Counted from the first letter of the stretch, positions 52,249 through 62,789 are shown. The stretch: DNA of 64,000 nt from Schmidtea polychroa (GCA_044892525.1 JBJFYX010000106.1:62001-126000); one strand, 5' to 3'. The notes: a model not told the origin generated them from the sequence alone. Numbers and translations: made by a program.

Positions 52249-53637
52249 CTATTCAGTCCTACTCTTCCCATCTCGCCTCACCGCTATTTTTATGTATATA
52301 GTGTCGTTTCTCGTCATATCCTCCACTTTCCGCTGTAGGATAAAATTCGGTGCTCCGGTTGCTGGTCCTTCTTCTTCCAATGGCCTTTGATAACATACAA
52401 GGTTTCCTGCTGTATGGAAACTCTGCTCATGTGTACTTAGATAGTTCATCATTGCGAGGTCTATTTTTGCTTTGAACGGCCATTCTATTAACTCATCGTA
52501 TGGCCCTTTGCATATCAAGAAGAATATTGAGAAATGTGTTCCGTGCGCGCTTCCGTCCCCGTTGGGATATGCTTTCATTTTCATCTTATATCCGTTTTTC
52601 CATGAGTAGAAGGCTGGACTTAGTAATGTCGTGTCCTTTCCATTTCTCGCTCTCTGCATTTTCTCCTTTACTTCCGTTATTTTCCATATGTATGGAGCCG
52701 TTGGTATCAATTCATTGAGGTTCATTTCGCTTACTTTTTGATGTAGTTCTTTCACCATTTTGTTGCTAGTTTCTACTAGATCTGTTTGTATCTTTGTACT
52801 TAGTCTTGCCTCTTCGAATGCTTCTTTCTCTTGCAATAATTCTTTTACCAACGTTTTCAGCGAGGTTATTTCCTTTTCTAGGTTTTCGGTTTTCTTTTCG
52901 TTTTCTTGTAGTACCGTTGACCATATTTCTGCGTGTGTTGATACGTTCTCTGCTAGATGTTGGGGTAGTTCTCCTCGGTGTAATTGTTTCTGACATCCCC
53001 ATTTTCCTAACACACACATTATCTTTTTCCTTTCGCATTCTTTCAGATGTTGAGCGAGTTTTATTACTCCGGGTTTATCGCATTTGTTGGGACATTCTCC
53101 TCTGAATTCTGCGCACACTTTTTCCTCTTGTACGTTATGATGTTGACTCGTTAGTTTTCTCCAGGTGTCGGTTTCTCCGCAATATTCGCATCTTTCTAGC
53201 CTTTCCTTGCACCGACTTTGATGTTCTGTTTCTTCACTGGCTTTAATCTCTTCTTGGCAACGTTCGCAGTGACTGACTTTATGCTCACACTTCTCCATGT
53301 GTTGCCTCACCTCCCATATCACTCCTCGCCAATTGCATGGGGTGTTTTTACATCCTAGATTTGTATTCAACATATCTTTTACAGCTGCTTTATCTTCGTT
53401 TGTATCTCCCAAATTTGTTATCATTGTTTCTTTACATACTGGGCACCATTGTGGTCCCTTCTTTATTATTTCTTCTACACATTCTTTACACATTCTACAT
53501 CCGCATCTGGTTTGGTGAGGTTCTCTTAATAATCCCTTGCATATTCCACACTTCACATGGTCATGTATTCGAATTGTGGTGGATTTTCTGACTTGTTCGA
53601 CAATCTCCTTGAATTCTTCTCTTTGTCGCTTATCCAT
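52249..53637 (-). CDS. Full-length intronless TRAF-family protein (RING, TRAF zinc fingers, coiled coil, MATH)
   Basis: CGICKGLLREPHQTRCGCRMCKECV...CPVC RING; zinc fingers such as CPNKC...HLKEC; MATH motifs YIWKI, SPAFY, GYKMKMKAYPNGDG, GTHFSIFF, LIEWPF, DTIYIKI. Confidence 0.95.
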   Translation of the reverse strand: MDKRQREEFKEIVEQVRKSTTIRIHDHVKCGICKGLLREPHQTRCGCRMCKECVEEIIKKGPQWCPVCKETMITNLGDTNEDKAAVKDMLNTNLGCKNTPCNWRGVIWEVRQHMEKCEHKVSHCERCQEEIKASEETEHQSRCKERLERCEYCGETDTWRKLTSQHHNVQEEKVCAEFRGECPNKCDKPGVIKLAQHLKECERKKIMCVLGKWGCQKQLHRGELPQHLAENVSTHAEIWSTVLQENEKKTENLEKEITSLKTLVKELLQEKEAFEEARLSTKIQTDLVETSNKMVKELHQKVSEMNLNELIPTAPYIWKITEVKEKMQRARNGKDTTLLSPAFYSWKNGYKMKMKAYPNGDGSAHGTHFSIFFLICKGPYDELIEWPFKAKIDLAMMNYLSTHEQSFHTAGNLVCYQRPLEEEGPATGAPNFILQRKVEDMTRNDTIYIKIAVRRDGKSRTE

Positions 53638-53722
53638 TTCTATAATTATATATACATATATTCGTTACTGGTACAATTTCGTATTTTTATTTACAGTTAT
53701 TTACATTTGTTTTAGGTTATAT

Positions 53723-54082
53723 TTATTGACTGGAAGAGTCGGCCTCTTGTCCGCCCTCTTCCCTACTGGTTAACCATTCTGACCAGTCTTCTATCTCCTC
53801 TCTTTCCATTTCTTCAGCGATTCTCATTAATTCTTCTTCCTGTCCCTGGCTGTATCGCGATATTCGCACTATTTCCTGCTGCATTTGTTCTATCTTTATT
53901 CGCTGATCTTCGATTATTCTCACATAACTGAAACCTTTATTTAGACTTTCGACTAAGCTTCTTTGTGCAGCGAGTCCTTGTTCCTGTAAATTCGAAATCA
54001 CTTGGGTTAACATTGCACATTGCTGTTTCCACATCTCTTCGGTTGTCGTACTGTGGTTTACTTCATCGTTTATTCGCTCCAT
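53723..54082 (-). CDS. Accessory small coiled-coil protein (119 aa) with acidic Trp-containing tail
   Basis: Intact ORF with heptad pattern; EIEDWSEWL tail. Confidence 0.65.
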   Translation of the reverse strand: MERINDEVNHSTTTEEMWKQQCAMLTQVISNLQEQGLAAQRSLVESLNKGFSYVRIIEDQRIKIEQMQQEIVRISRYSQGQEEELMRIAEEMEREEIEDWSEWLTSREEGGQEADSSSQ

Positions 54083-54249
54083 TCTTAATTATATACACTT
54101 TTCAACCCTTATCTCATTTTAGTTTTATATTAATTGTCCCCATCATTATATAATATTGATACCGCGCTTATATAGAGATATAGAATACTGTTATATAAAT
54201 ACATATAATGTACTTACTTTTTACAATCTATATACAGTCATAATCCTTT

Positions 54250-55680
54250 CTATATTTGTGAGTTTGGAGGACGCTGAGCGTTCCAGGCCTCCACCCACTG
54301 TTCCTGTTTGATATTACTTGGTCTCTTTACCTGATGTTGAAAGTTTCTGATTCTGGCCATCTCCAGTTCTCCGCGATGCCGTCTATCTTTGATTATTTTT
54401 ATGGTTCCCCCCATTATGATTAAAAATGCCCCTGCTATTATTATGCCGCTGATCCACATCATCTGTTTCACGCTTATGATTTCCGCTTTTTCCTTGTTCG
54501 TTATTGTTGGTATTGCCTCTGTGCTTTTTAGATTATCATCTTTGTCATTTCCTTTTATCATTCCTCGTATTCTTGCTATTTCTTCGTTCATGCCTTCCTT
54601 TGCCATTTTTTGTATTTTCTCCATCTCTTCTTCTGACACGTAATTATCTTGATATTTCTCACTGGTTTTCTTGCGTTTTCCTTGCTCATCCTTTTCATCA
54701 TTGATTTTTCTTTTCTTCCCTCTTTTCCCAGGGTATCGTCGACATTCTCTCGCTGTATCGTTTCTCCAGATGCATACTGTGTATTCTTTTGGAGGTTGTT
54801 GCTGTGTTACATATTGTAGACAGTCTTCACCCGGTCCTAATCTTGAAATGCAGACTTTGTGTTCTTTTCTTGGCTGGAGTTGCGTTATCACTACCTCACC
54901 TCCTTTTTTCAGGTGTACCTCCTTCCCTTTGACTTTAGTTATTCTCTTCCCGTCTCGATTCCGGTATGCTTCTTGTATTCTTACTTCCGTTATCGGTTCT
55001 GTATCTTCATTTATTAATACTAGTCTCCGATATGCTCTCGACATACATCTTCCTAGTATGCACCTTTCTTTTAGATCCCATTCTTCTTTTAAATCCCATT
55101 GTTGCTCTCGTACTTGCTTCTTCTTTTCTTGCTTTAGTTCCTCCTCCTTGTTATCTTTGTTTTCCGTTTCCTTGGCTTCTTTTATCGTTCTCATTCCTCC
55201 GTGAGCTGTTATCATTTCTACCATTGTTAGTATGAGTATCATTACCATCATATTTGTCTCCATTTCCTTGTTGGTAAAAAGTAGGCATACCCTCTGTTTT
55301 CCATTATTCGTCTTTTCCTCTTCCTTTGTTCGGTTTCCCGGGTTATTTTCCTCTTTTCTCATACTCGCGTCGTTATTTTCTTGCTTATTCTCCTCTGATT
55401 TCTCTTTCCCGTTTTGACCTGTTTCGTCATTATCGTCGTCTTTATAGTCTTTATCTCCCCCGCTGTCGTTTGAAATGTCGTCCTCGACATTTATGTCGTT
55501 CAATAATCTGCGATATGCTGTTAACACTCTATTTCTTGCTAATTTCGCTTCGAATTCGAACTCCTTTCTGCCTGTTGCTGCATGTCTCTTTCTGTTCCAT
55601 TCTTTTACTAATTCTCTTAATTGTATTCGACGATTTTTCCGATTCGCTTTTGTTCGTTTTGATTTTGCGTGAATTTGAGG
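54250..55680 (-). CDS. C-terminal segment of the polyprotein: acidic linker, internal signal peptide, FN3-like ectodomain, TM, short tail
   Basis: Frame is open from about 55740 and joins the ankyrin frame by a 1-nt shift near 55672. MMVMILILTMVEMITA signal; VVITQLQPRKEHKVCIS FN3-like strands; MMWISGIIIAGAFLIIMGGTI TM. Confidence 0.72.
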   Translation of the reverse strand, partial: PQIHAKSKRTKANRKNRRIQLRELVKEWNRKRHAATGRKEFEFEAKLARNRVLTAYRRLLNDINVEDDISNDSGGDKDYKDDDNDETGQNGKEKSEENKQENNDASMRKEENNPGNRTKEEEKTNNGKQRVCLLFTNKEMETNMMVMILILTMVEMITAHGGMRTIKEAKETENKDNKEEELKQEKKKQVREQQWDLKEEWDLKERCILGRCMSRAYRRLVLINEDTEPITEVRIQEAYRNRDGKRITKVKGKEVHLKKGGEVVITQLQPRKEHKVCISRLGPGEDCLQYVTQQQPPKEYTVCIWRNDTARECRRYPGKRGKKRKINDEKDEQGKRKKTSEKYQDNYVSEEEMEKIQKMAKEGMNEEIARIRGMIKGNDKDDNLKSTEAIPTITNKEKAEIISVKQMMWISGIIIAGAFLIIMGGTIKIIKDRRHRGELEMARIRNFQHQVKRPSNIKQEQWVEAWNAQRPPNSQI

Positions 55681-58600
55681 TCTTCTCTGTTCAATACGAT
55701 CATTATGATTTTCGGAGTTCCTCCTTTTGTCAGCGTATTTTTAACCATGGCATTTTCCCCGTTTTCATAGAACTCATTTATGTTTATTGCATATGTATTA
55801 CTTTGTGGTATTTTCCAGGTTAACAATAACTTCATGGCTTCTAAGCTCTTCCGTATCGTGTTCCATTGGAATTGTGACGTGTTTTTGCAGATATTTTCTA
55901 CCTCAGTTCTTGTAGCATTTTTACAAATGAATCTAATCCTTTCCAGGTTTGGTTGTATTGTTGCCCAATCCATGGTAGAATTTCCCTCGTTTGATTTCTC
56001 GTCAAGTCTCTAACCTGATTGATGTAGTATGTGTAAGGTTTTCGGGTGTATATTTGTTATTGCTGCATACATCATTGCTGTTTCTCCTTGTTCATTTTTT
56101 GCATTAGATTCTTCTCCGAAGTCTCTAAGAATTCTTATGATGGTTATTGCTCTGTTTTCTTTTGCTGCTAATATTGCTTGTTGTAATGGTGTTCTTGAAT
56201 CTTTCGTCGGTAAGGTGAATGCTAGTGGTATGAATGTTTTCATTTTTCCTATGTCTAGATTTGTGGTCTGATCTCTTGCGTAGGTGTGTACTGTTTTTGT
56301 TATTTTTGCTAGTATCGCCTCATCGGATAGATCTTGCATTTCTTCAAAGAATACTTCTTTAGCCTTACGTACTACTATCTCTTGGTCGGAGTTTATTGTC
56401 TTTGGTTTACTTGTTGTTGCTATATCGGTTATTATTTGATCGGTTTGTTTCTCAGACTCTCTTGCTGTTATTTTCTTGATTTTTATCCTTTTCTTGTTCG
56501 AACTGTTAATGCGTTCTTCCGCTGTAAGCACTTGAATAATACTTAGGTAGTTTTCTCGGATGTTGTTCATAGTTTCCATCATATATAATACGTTCACAGT
56601 TTCCCAATATTTTACTTGTACTTTATCGGTAAATTGAGATATGGCTTTTTCGAAGTTTGTAATTCGTTTTCTGATTAGTTGTTCGTCTTTGTGATTTGAA
56701 AACTTTATGCCACGTTGTAGTAGTTGATTTGGAATTTCGAATAGGTGATGTCCTCTCATCGCTTCTCTCATCAAGGTGTTTTCTCCTTTGGTAAATGTTT
56801 CGTTTATATCTACCATATAATCGTTTTTGATCGGGTTCCTCCATGCAATTAGTAATCCAGTAATTGTTATTAATTTCTCTTTGATCGCCGTTAATAGCCC
56901 GTCATACATGTTTCCTATCTCCCTATTATCCTCGTACGATAATAGATCTACTAAGATTATGAAGGCTTCCGTACTTTTCCCTTCGATTGCATGATGTAGT
57001 GCATTTTTCCGGTTGTGATCTTGTGTGGTTATCTTTGACCCAGTTTCAAGTAATGCGATAATAATATCTTTAGCTTTATCCCGATTGGCTGCTATCATTA
57101 GTGGGGTGTAACCTTGGTTATTTTCTTGATCCGTTGAAACGTTACAATCGCGAAATGCTTCAATTGTCTCTAGTATTTGTTCATTATTACCAACCTTTAA
57201 AAGTTTGTGTAGTGGTGTATCTCCGTAATGGTCTGTGATCGTGAATAATATGGGCCATTGACTTTTAACTACCCTGAGCAATGGGTGTGTTCTTTCTCGG
57301 TTTGCATAGTTTTCTATCATGGTTAGCAGACCTCCCAATATCTCAAAATCCAATTTATCTTTAGCCCATCCGGGTATTTTAGCTTTTACTTCTTTTATGA
57401 TTTTCTCGGCTTCTGATGGTTGTAGCCCCGATCGATTACCCGTTGGTTTGTTTATCTGCTGTAACATATTGATTCTATACGTTTGTGATCTGGTTGTTAA
57501 TGTTCGCCCTTCTGGCTGATTGGTGGCGGTTTTCGGAATTGGCTTACATCGTGCAACATTTACGTATATTGGTCTTGTAAAAGGGTTGTTCACTAATCGT
57601 ACTCTTACATTAGTTTCTCCGACAAATAAAATCTCATACGGCCCTTTACCGTTTCGTTGTAATTTTTTGGTGGTTCCTGGAATTAATTCTGGTGTTTCGA
57701 TCATCACCCAATCGCCTGTTTGAAACGTATGCTGTTTGACGTTTTTCTTTCTATCATGTAAATCTTTGTAACTTTCTTGATAAAATTTTATATTCAATCC
57801 TGCAGTTTCCCAGATTTCCTGCATTCTTTCCTTGAACTTGGTTACATAATCGTCTATTTCCATGTATTGTGATATTGGTGGCTGATATTCTAAGTCCATT
57901 GGCATATTACATTCTCTACCATACATCAATTTGAATGGACTCATCTTTGTGGACGCGTGAATCGACATTCTGTAAGCCATTAAACATAATTTTATATACT
58001 CGTCCCAGTCGCGTTGATGACGATCGACATAATTTGATAACATTTGAATCAAGGTTCCGTTGAATCTTTCTGTCATACCATTTGTTTGTGGGTGGTACGG
58101 TGATGTTCTTAATTTTGCAATCTTGAAGTAATTGGTTACTTCGCTCATTATTTCACTCATGAAATTTGTTCTCTGATCAGTTAATATCTGTTTTGGTGTT
58201 CCATATCGACAGCATATCTCCTCTACCAGTATTTTCGCGATTGTTTTTGCTTTCTGGTCTGCCATAGCGAATGCTTCAGGGAATTTTGTCAAATAATCTG
58301 TGATTACCAATATATATATATTTCCTCTATCGGATTCTGGTAGTGGACCGACTACGTCCATAGATATCATTGTCATTGGTTCTGCCGGTACTGGCATTGG
58401 CTTTAACGGTGCTTTCCATTTCGTTCCCGTGTTTTTTCTGGTCGCGCAAGTTATACAGTTCTTTACCCATTCCGTTACATCCTCAATCAATGTAGGCCAA
58501 AAATACTTTTGTTTCATTCGGGCTAACGTCTTCTTCGATGACATATGTCCTCCGAGTCTTCCGTCATGATATTGCGTTAGCAAATCTTTACGTCTATTTT

Positions 58601-58790
58601 CTGGAATGCACATCAGTCTCTTTTCCCCATCCATTATCAATAACCAATCTTTCTCGATAATATATCGATGTCGATGTTTATCCATGTGTTCTTTCAGTTT
58701 TTGATCTTTCTCGTATACCTCTGCTTTTCCAGTTTTTACATATTCGATAATTTGTTTCAACTCGGCATCATCTTGCTGGTCTTTTCGTAA
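55617..58790 (-). pseudogene. Integrase fused to ankyrin repeats; in frame with pol across TAA 58791-58793, with an internal TAG at 56010-56012
   Basis: HHCC (YHDGRLGGH...CITC), SMDVVGP, LTDQ, GMTERFN, GPY. Ankyrin motifs GDTPLH, GYTPLMIAA, KNALHHA, RTPLQQA, GETAMMYAA, G*RLDEKSNEGNSTMDWA. Confidence 0.92.
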
Positions 58791-61700
58791 TTAGCAAAAA
58801 TCTAAATCTTCCGCTACCATTAGACATATCCGTTGCATTTCATGATCTACTAAATCTGGAAAGATAAACCTTGACATACAATCCGCATTGGCATTCGCTC
58901 TTCCTGCTTTGAATTTTATGAACGGTGAATATTCTTGCAACTGCATTGCCCATCGCATCAATCTACTTGAAGCTTCTTTGTGCTGTCCGAGCCATACTAA
59001 TGGTTGGTGATCTGTTGTGATACATATTTCGTGTCCCCATAACAAATATCGAAAATGTTTTATCGCTTGTATTATAGCTAACGCTTCTCTTTCTGTTACT
59101 GAATAGTTTTTCTCATGCTTTTTAAACGTTCTGCTGTAATAGCCGATTACTCTCTCCTTTCCTTCTTCATCGAGTTGTCCTAATATTGCTCCGGCTGCAT
59201 ATCCACTTGCATCGGTTGCTAACAAGAACGGTTTCTTGAAATCAGGATGTACTAGTATTGGGGCTTCAATTAATTTATCTCGCAATGTTTCAAAGGCTTT
59301 TTGCTGTTCTGCTCCCCAGATAAATGAAATGTCTTTTTTCACTAATTCCTGGATTGGTTTCGCAATACTTGCATAATTTTTAATGAATTTCCGATAATAT
59401 CCGCATAATCCGAGGAATTCTTGAACTTGGGTGACAGTTTTCGGTGCTGGACAGGTTTTTATTTTTTCTATATTTCTTGGATCTGGTTCTTTGCCTTTTG
59501 CTGACACTATGTGTCCTAAGAACGTAACTTTTTCTTTTGCCCAATCACATTTGGATGGTTTAAGCTTCAATTTCCATTGTCGTAATCGGATGAACACGTT
59601 TCTAATGTCTTCCAAATGTTGTTCGAAAGTTGCTGAATATATTAATAAATCATCAATATATACCATACATTGCTTGATCCCGTGTGTGACGAAATTCATG
59701 CATCTCTGAAATGATGCTGGGGCATTGGTCAGTCCAAATGGCATTTTCCTGAATTGATATAGATCTCGGCCCAATGTGAATGCTGTTTTCTCTTTGTCTT
59801 CCTCCTTGACTTTGATCTGCCAATATCCGCTCTTTAGATCTAAAGACGTAAAATATGCGGCCCCCTGTAGCATAAGTAACATCTCATTGATGTCTGGTAA
59901 TGGGTATGTGTCTCTTTTTGTTACTGCATTTAATTTCCGATAATCGATACAGAATCTCTGAGTACCGTCTTTTTTCTTTACCATGACTACTGGAAATTGC
60001 CATGGCGAACAACTTGGTTCGATCACTTGTGCATCTAGCATTTTTTGTACTTCTGCTTCGGCTATCTCTTTTTGCTTCTCTGCTAGTTTGTATGGTCGTA
60101 ACGCAATTGGAGTTTCGTCTATTAATGGTATTGCGTGTAATGTGACATCGCATGCTCCCAAATCTAAATCCGAAATTGCGAATATATCTTTATATTCTAT
60201 TAGTAATTGTTGAAGTCTTTCCTTTTCTCTTTCCGTTAGCAAGGTGCTATCAATTATCCATAATTCGTCAGCTTTCGTTGTTTCGTTGGTGATTTTTGGT
60301 AATTCAATGTCTATCATGGGTGTCAATCTACCCAATCTTTCATTTTCATATATGATCTTGTCTTCCTCCTCGAAATTTGTGATGTTAATTGGTATTTCCC
60401 CTTCTTCATTTATTGTTATTATTTCTCTTGCTAATGGTAATTCTCGTCGTTTTTCGAATGATTTGCTTGGCTCGAAAATGGCTTCTCCTTCCATTCCTGC
60501 ATCCACTTTTATTTGACATATCATCTGTGATTTTGCTGGCACAATTATTTTCTCCGGACATCTAATTATTGCGTTCATCTTGCATATTCTACCCATTTTA
60601 TCTTTTAGACACATTGTTGTTAAATCGATTACTACTTCCTTGAACAATTCCGGCATTAAATCCGTTCCGATTATACATGGTTCGCTCAGTTTGGGTATCA
60701 CCGCTAGATACGTTTCAATTTCATTATCTTGATATCGTAACGTAGTCCACCATCTTCCTACTACGTCTACGGTTTCTTTACTGCATGCAATAATATGGAT
60801 AGTTGTTTGTTCGATATCTTTCCAACATTTAGTGGGTATTTGGTTTATTGCTATTGCTGATACGTTTGCTCCGGTATCTATCATTGCGCTTGTCTCTTTC
60901 CCATTGATTTGGATCATGACTGTTACTGCCGCGCCTCCTGGTGAACTCATTACTGCTATTGTTCTGACGTCATCAGCTTGGTCTACGCTTTTCGTTCTTC
61001 GGATTGGCATATAGTTCATTCCTGGTTGACTTGGTAACTGTGGATACATATTTTGTGTCATGGTCAAAGCTGTTTGTTGTCCAACGATATCTGGTGGTAT
61101 ATAACTTCCGTTGGCTATCCAGGTATTTGTTTTTTCTTTCTCCCAATATGGCGCTGTTTCTATTGGCTTTTCATTCGGGTTTCTACTTGGGTATGGATAT
61201 TTGTCATTCCCATTGTCGTCATCATCACTATCGCTGCTGTTTGATCGATTTCTAAATCTGTCTAAGAATTTTGGTTTGTTCTTCTTTAATTGCGCTCTCG
61301 TTGCTTCATCATACATCGTTTTCCGAAATCGTCTGCCAACTTCCTCGTCAGTCCCTTTTATTTTTGTCAGTATTTTGATTAATCGTTTTATTCTGTGTAT
61401 GTCTTTGGAATGACCGTGCAACACCATTGTTTTTGCCAAAAATGGTAGAAAACCTACTATCAATTTCCAATTCACTTTCTTTTCTCGCTTGTATATATCG
61501 AAGCATGCCAACATTTGGGTCAATATTACCCTGACGATCTGAATAATTAAGATGATTCCCAATATTCCTGCCATCATTTGACCGAACACTAGAAATCTTC
61601 CCCACATTGCTTTCATCATGTTTGACGTGGCTTGTTGAAAATGATCCGGTGATAATAATAGTTCATAGTTGGGACTTGATTGGAAATTCGTTCCCCCAGT

Positions 61701-62789
61701 TATGGTAACCATATTTGATAAAATGGATTCCCGTCTTGCTGGGAATAATACGTTTAATCGTGCCGTTTCTAAATCCTCTGGTGAGTACATACCGGCCTTT
61801 GACACATCAATTGGTTTGAAATCCTGTTCTGTTGCAAGCTCTATTAATCCAAACTTTTTAGGTTCTTGCACTTCAACTTTTAACGGTAACATTATCCATT
61901 TCCCATCGGGTTTTTCATATAATGGCCCGTATGCATTTGAACAGTTAAAGGTGTTCGGATAAAATCCAATTGGGTTCATAATTCTGGTGACGGGTTGAAC
62001 GAATCTGTTCCGCCCTTTGTAACTAATTTCTAATTCGTTTGCACATTTCCCTGGTGGAATTGTGGGTTTTCTTGGCAGTCGTGCAAATGTCTTGGTACAT
62101 GCATATGTATACATTACCTCTCCCACCATTCTACCAAAATGTCCATCCGGTAACGGGAGTGATGTCATTGTGTTATCTGGGTGTGTTATTGCGATGGCTA
62201 ATTTTGTTTTTAGTATTTCTTTATTCAATGAACAGTCATTTTGTATAAGATCGTAATATACTTTTTGCATTGTCGTTTGTCCTCGATGGAATAGGAAGTC
62301 CATCTTGTTATTGGCATACAAGTACAATTTTACGTCTTCCGTTGCTACCTTTTCCACTGCTCTGTCTATTACTTGCCTTGACATGTAGATACCTGCGTAG
62401 TTCGTCCGGTATACTATACTGTCACATTTGGTAGTCTCTTTTTCTCTGATGAATTTCATACCGATATCTGGATCATCTGTAATTAATGCCGTTGGTGTTT
62501 TTTGTGTTGTGAGTCTCTTTTCTTTGGGGGATGGTGGGACTGGTTTCCCATTTCGCATCCTTACGTTTCCATTCTCTTCGTCGTCATCTTCGTTTTCATA
62601 AATTTCTCCTTTTACTTCATTGAACAAAGCACTTTTTAACAACTGGAGTCGGCATTTTTGGGTGTTGGCTTCATATATTATAGTCGAAATTCCCGTTCTA
62701 CACACGTTTTCCGTAGCTCTGCATGCTGGGTTGGTTTTCATTTGATAATTATTTGCGTCGAATTGCGCTTCGTATTCCTTCAAATCCAC
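58791..62789 (-). CDS. Polyprotein segment: glycoprotein C-half and TM, aspartic protease, RT, RNase H
   Basis: TM WGRFLVFGQMMAGILGIILIIQIV (about 61500-61605); MIDTGANVSAI (about 60875); FCIDYRKLN, MPFGLTNAP, YIDD (about 59655); LATDAS, EREAL, TDHQPL, NADCMS. Confidence 0.95.
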   Translation of the reverse strand: MDLKEYEAQFDANNYQMKTNPACRATENVCRTGISTIIYEANTQKCRLQLLKSALFNEVKGEIYENEDDDEENGNVRMRNGKPVPPSPKEKRLTTQKTPTALITDDPDIGMKFIREKETTKCDSIVYRTNYAGIYMSRQVIDRAVEKVATEDVKLYLYANNKMDFLFHRGQTTMQKVYYDLIQNDCSLNKEILKTKLAIAITHPDNTMTSLPLPDGHFGRMVGEVMYTYACTKTFARLPRKPTIPPGKCANELEISYKGRNRFVQPVTRIMNPIGFYPNTFNCSNAYGPLYEKPDGKWIMLPLKVEVQEPKKFGLIELATEQDFKPIDVSKAGMYSPEDLETARLNVLFPARRESILSNMVTITGGTNFQSSPNYELLLSPDHFQQATSNMMKAMWGRFLVFGQMMAGILGIILIIQIVRVILTQMLACFDIYKREKKVNWKLIVGFLPFLAKTMVLHGHSKDIHRIKRLIKILTKIKGTDEEVGRRFRKTMYDEATRAQLKKNKPKFLDRFRNRSNSSDSDDDDNGNDKYPYPSRNPNEKPIETAPYWEKEKTNTWIANGSYIPPDIVGQQTALTMTQNMYPQLPSQPGMNYMPIRRTKSVDQADDVRTIAVMSSPGGAAVTVMIQINGKETSAMIDTGANVSAIAINQIPTKCWKDIEQTTIHIIACSKETVDVVGRWWTTLRYQDNEIETYLAVIPKLSEPCIIGTDLMPELFKEVVIDLTTMCLKDKMGRICKMNAIIRCPEKIIVPAKSQMICQIKVDAGMEGEAIFEPSKSFEKRRELPLAREIITINEEGEIPINITNFEEEDKIIYENERLGRLTPMIDIELPKITNETTKADELWIIDSTLLTEREKERLQQLLIEYKDIFAISDLDLGACDVTLHAIPLIDETPIALRPYKLAEKQKEIAEAEVQKMLDAQVIEPSCSPWQFPVVMVKKKDGTQRFCIDYRKLNAVTKRDTYPLPDINEMLLMLQGAAYFTSLDLKSGYWQIKVKEEDKEKTAFTLGRDLYQFRKMPFGLTNAPASFQRCMNFVTHGIKQCMVYIDDLLIYSATFEQHLEDIRNVFIRLRQWKLKLKPSKCDWAKEKVTFLGHIVSAKGKEPDPRNIEKIKTCPAPKTVTQVQEFLGLCGYYRKFIKNYASIAKPIQELVKKDISFIWGAEQQKAFETLRDKLIEAPILVHPDFKKPFLLATDASGYAAGAILGQLDEEGKERVIGYYSRTFKKHEKNYSVTEREALAIIQAIKHFRYLLWGHEICITTDHQPLVWLGQHKEASSRLMRWAMQLQEYSPFIKFKAGRANANADCMSRFIFPDLVDHEMQRICLMVAEDLDFC

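Noticed and set aside
55426-55449. DYKDDDND, resembling a FLAG tag (DYKDDDDK)
   Set aside because: Two mismatches, inside a natural acidic low-complexity linker, with no vector sequence nearby; coincidence.
60330-60600. Active dUTPase between protease and RT
   Set aside because: A beta-rich spacer that may be a degenerate dUTPase-like fold, but no catalytic dUTPase motifs are visible.
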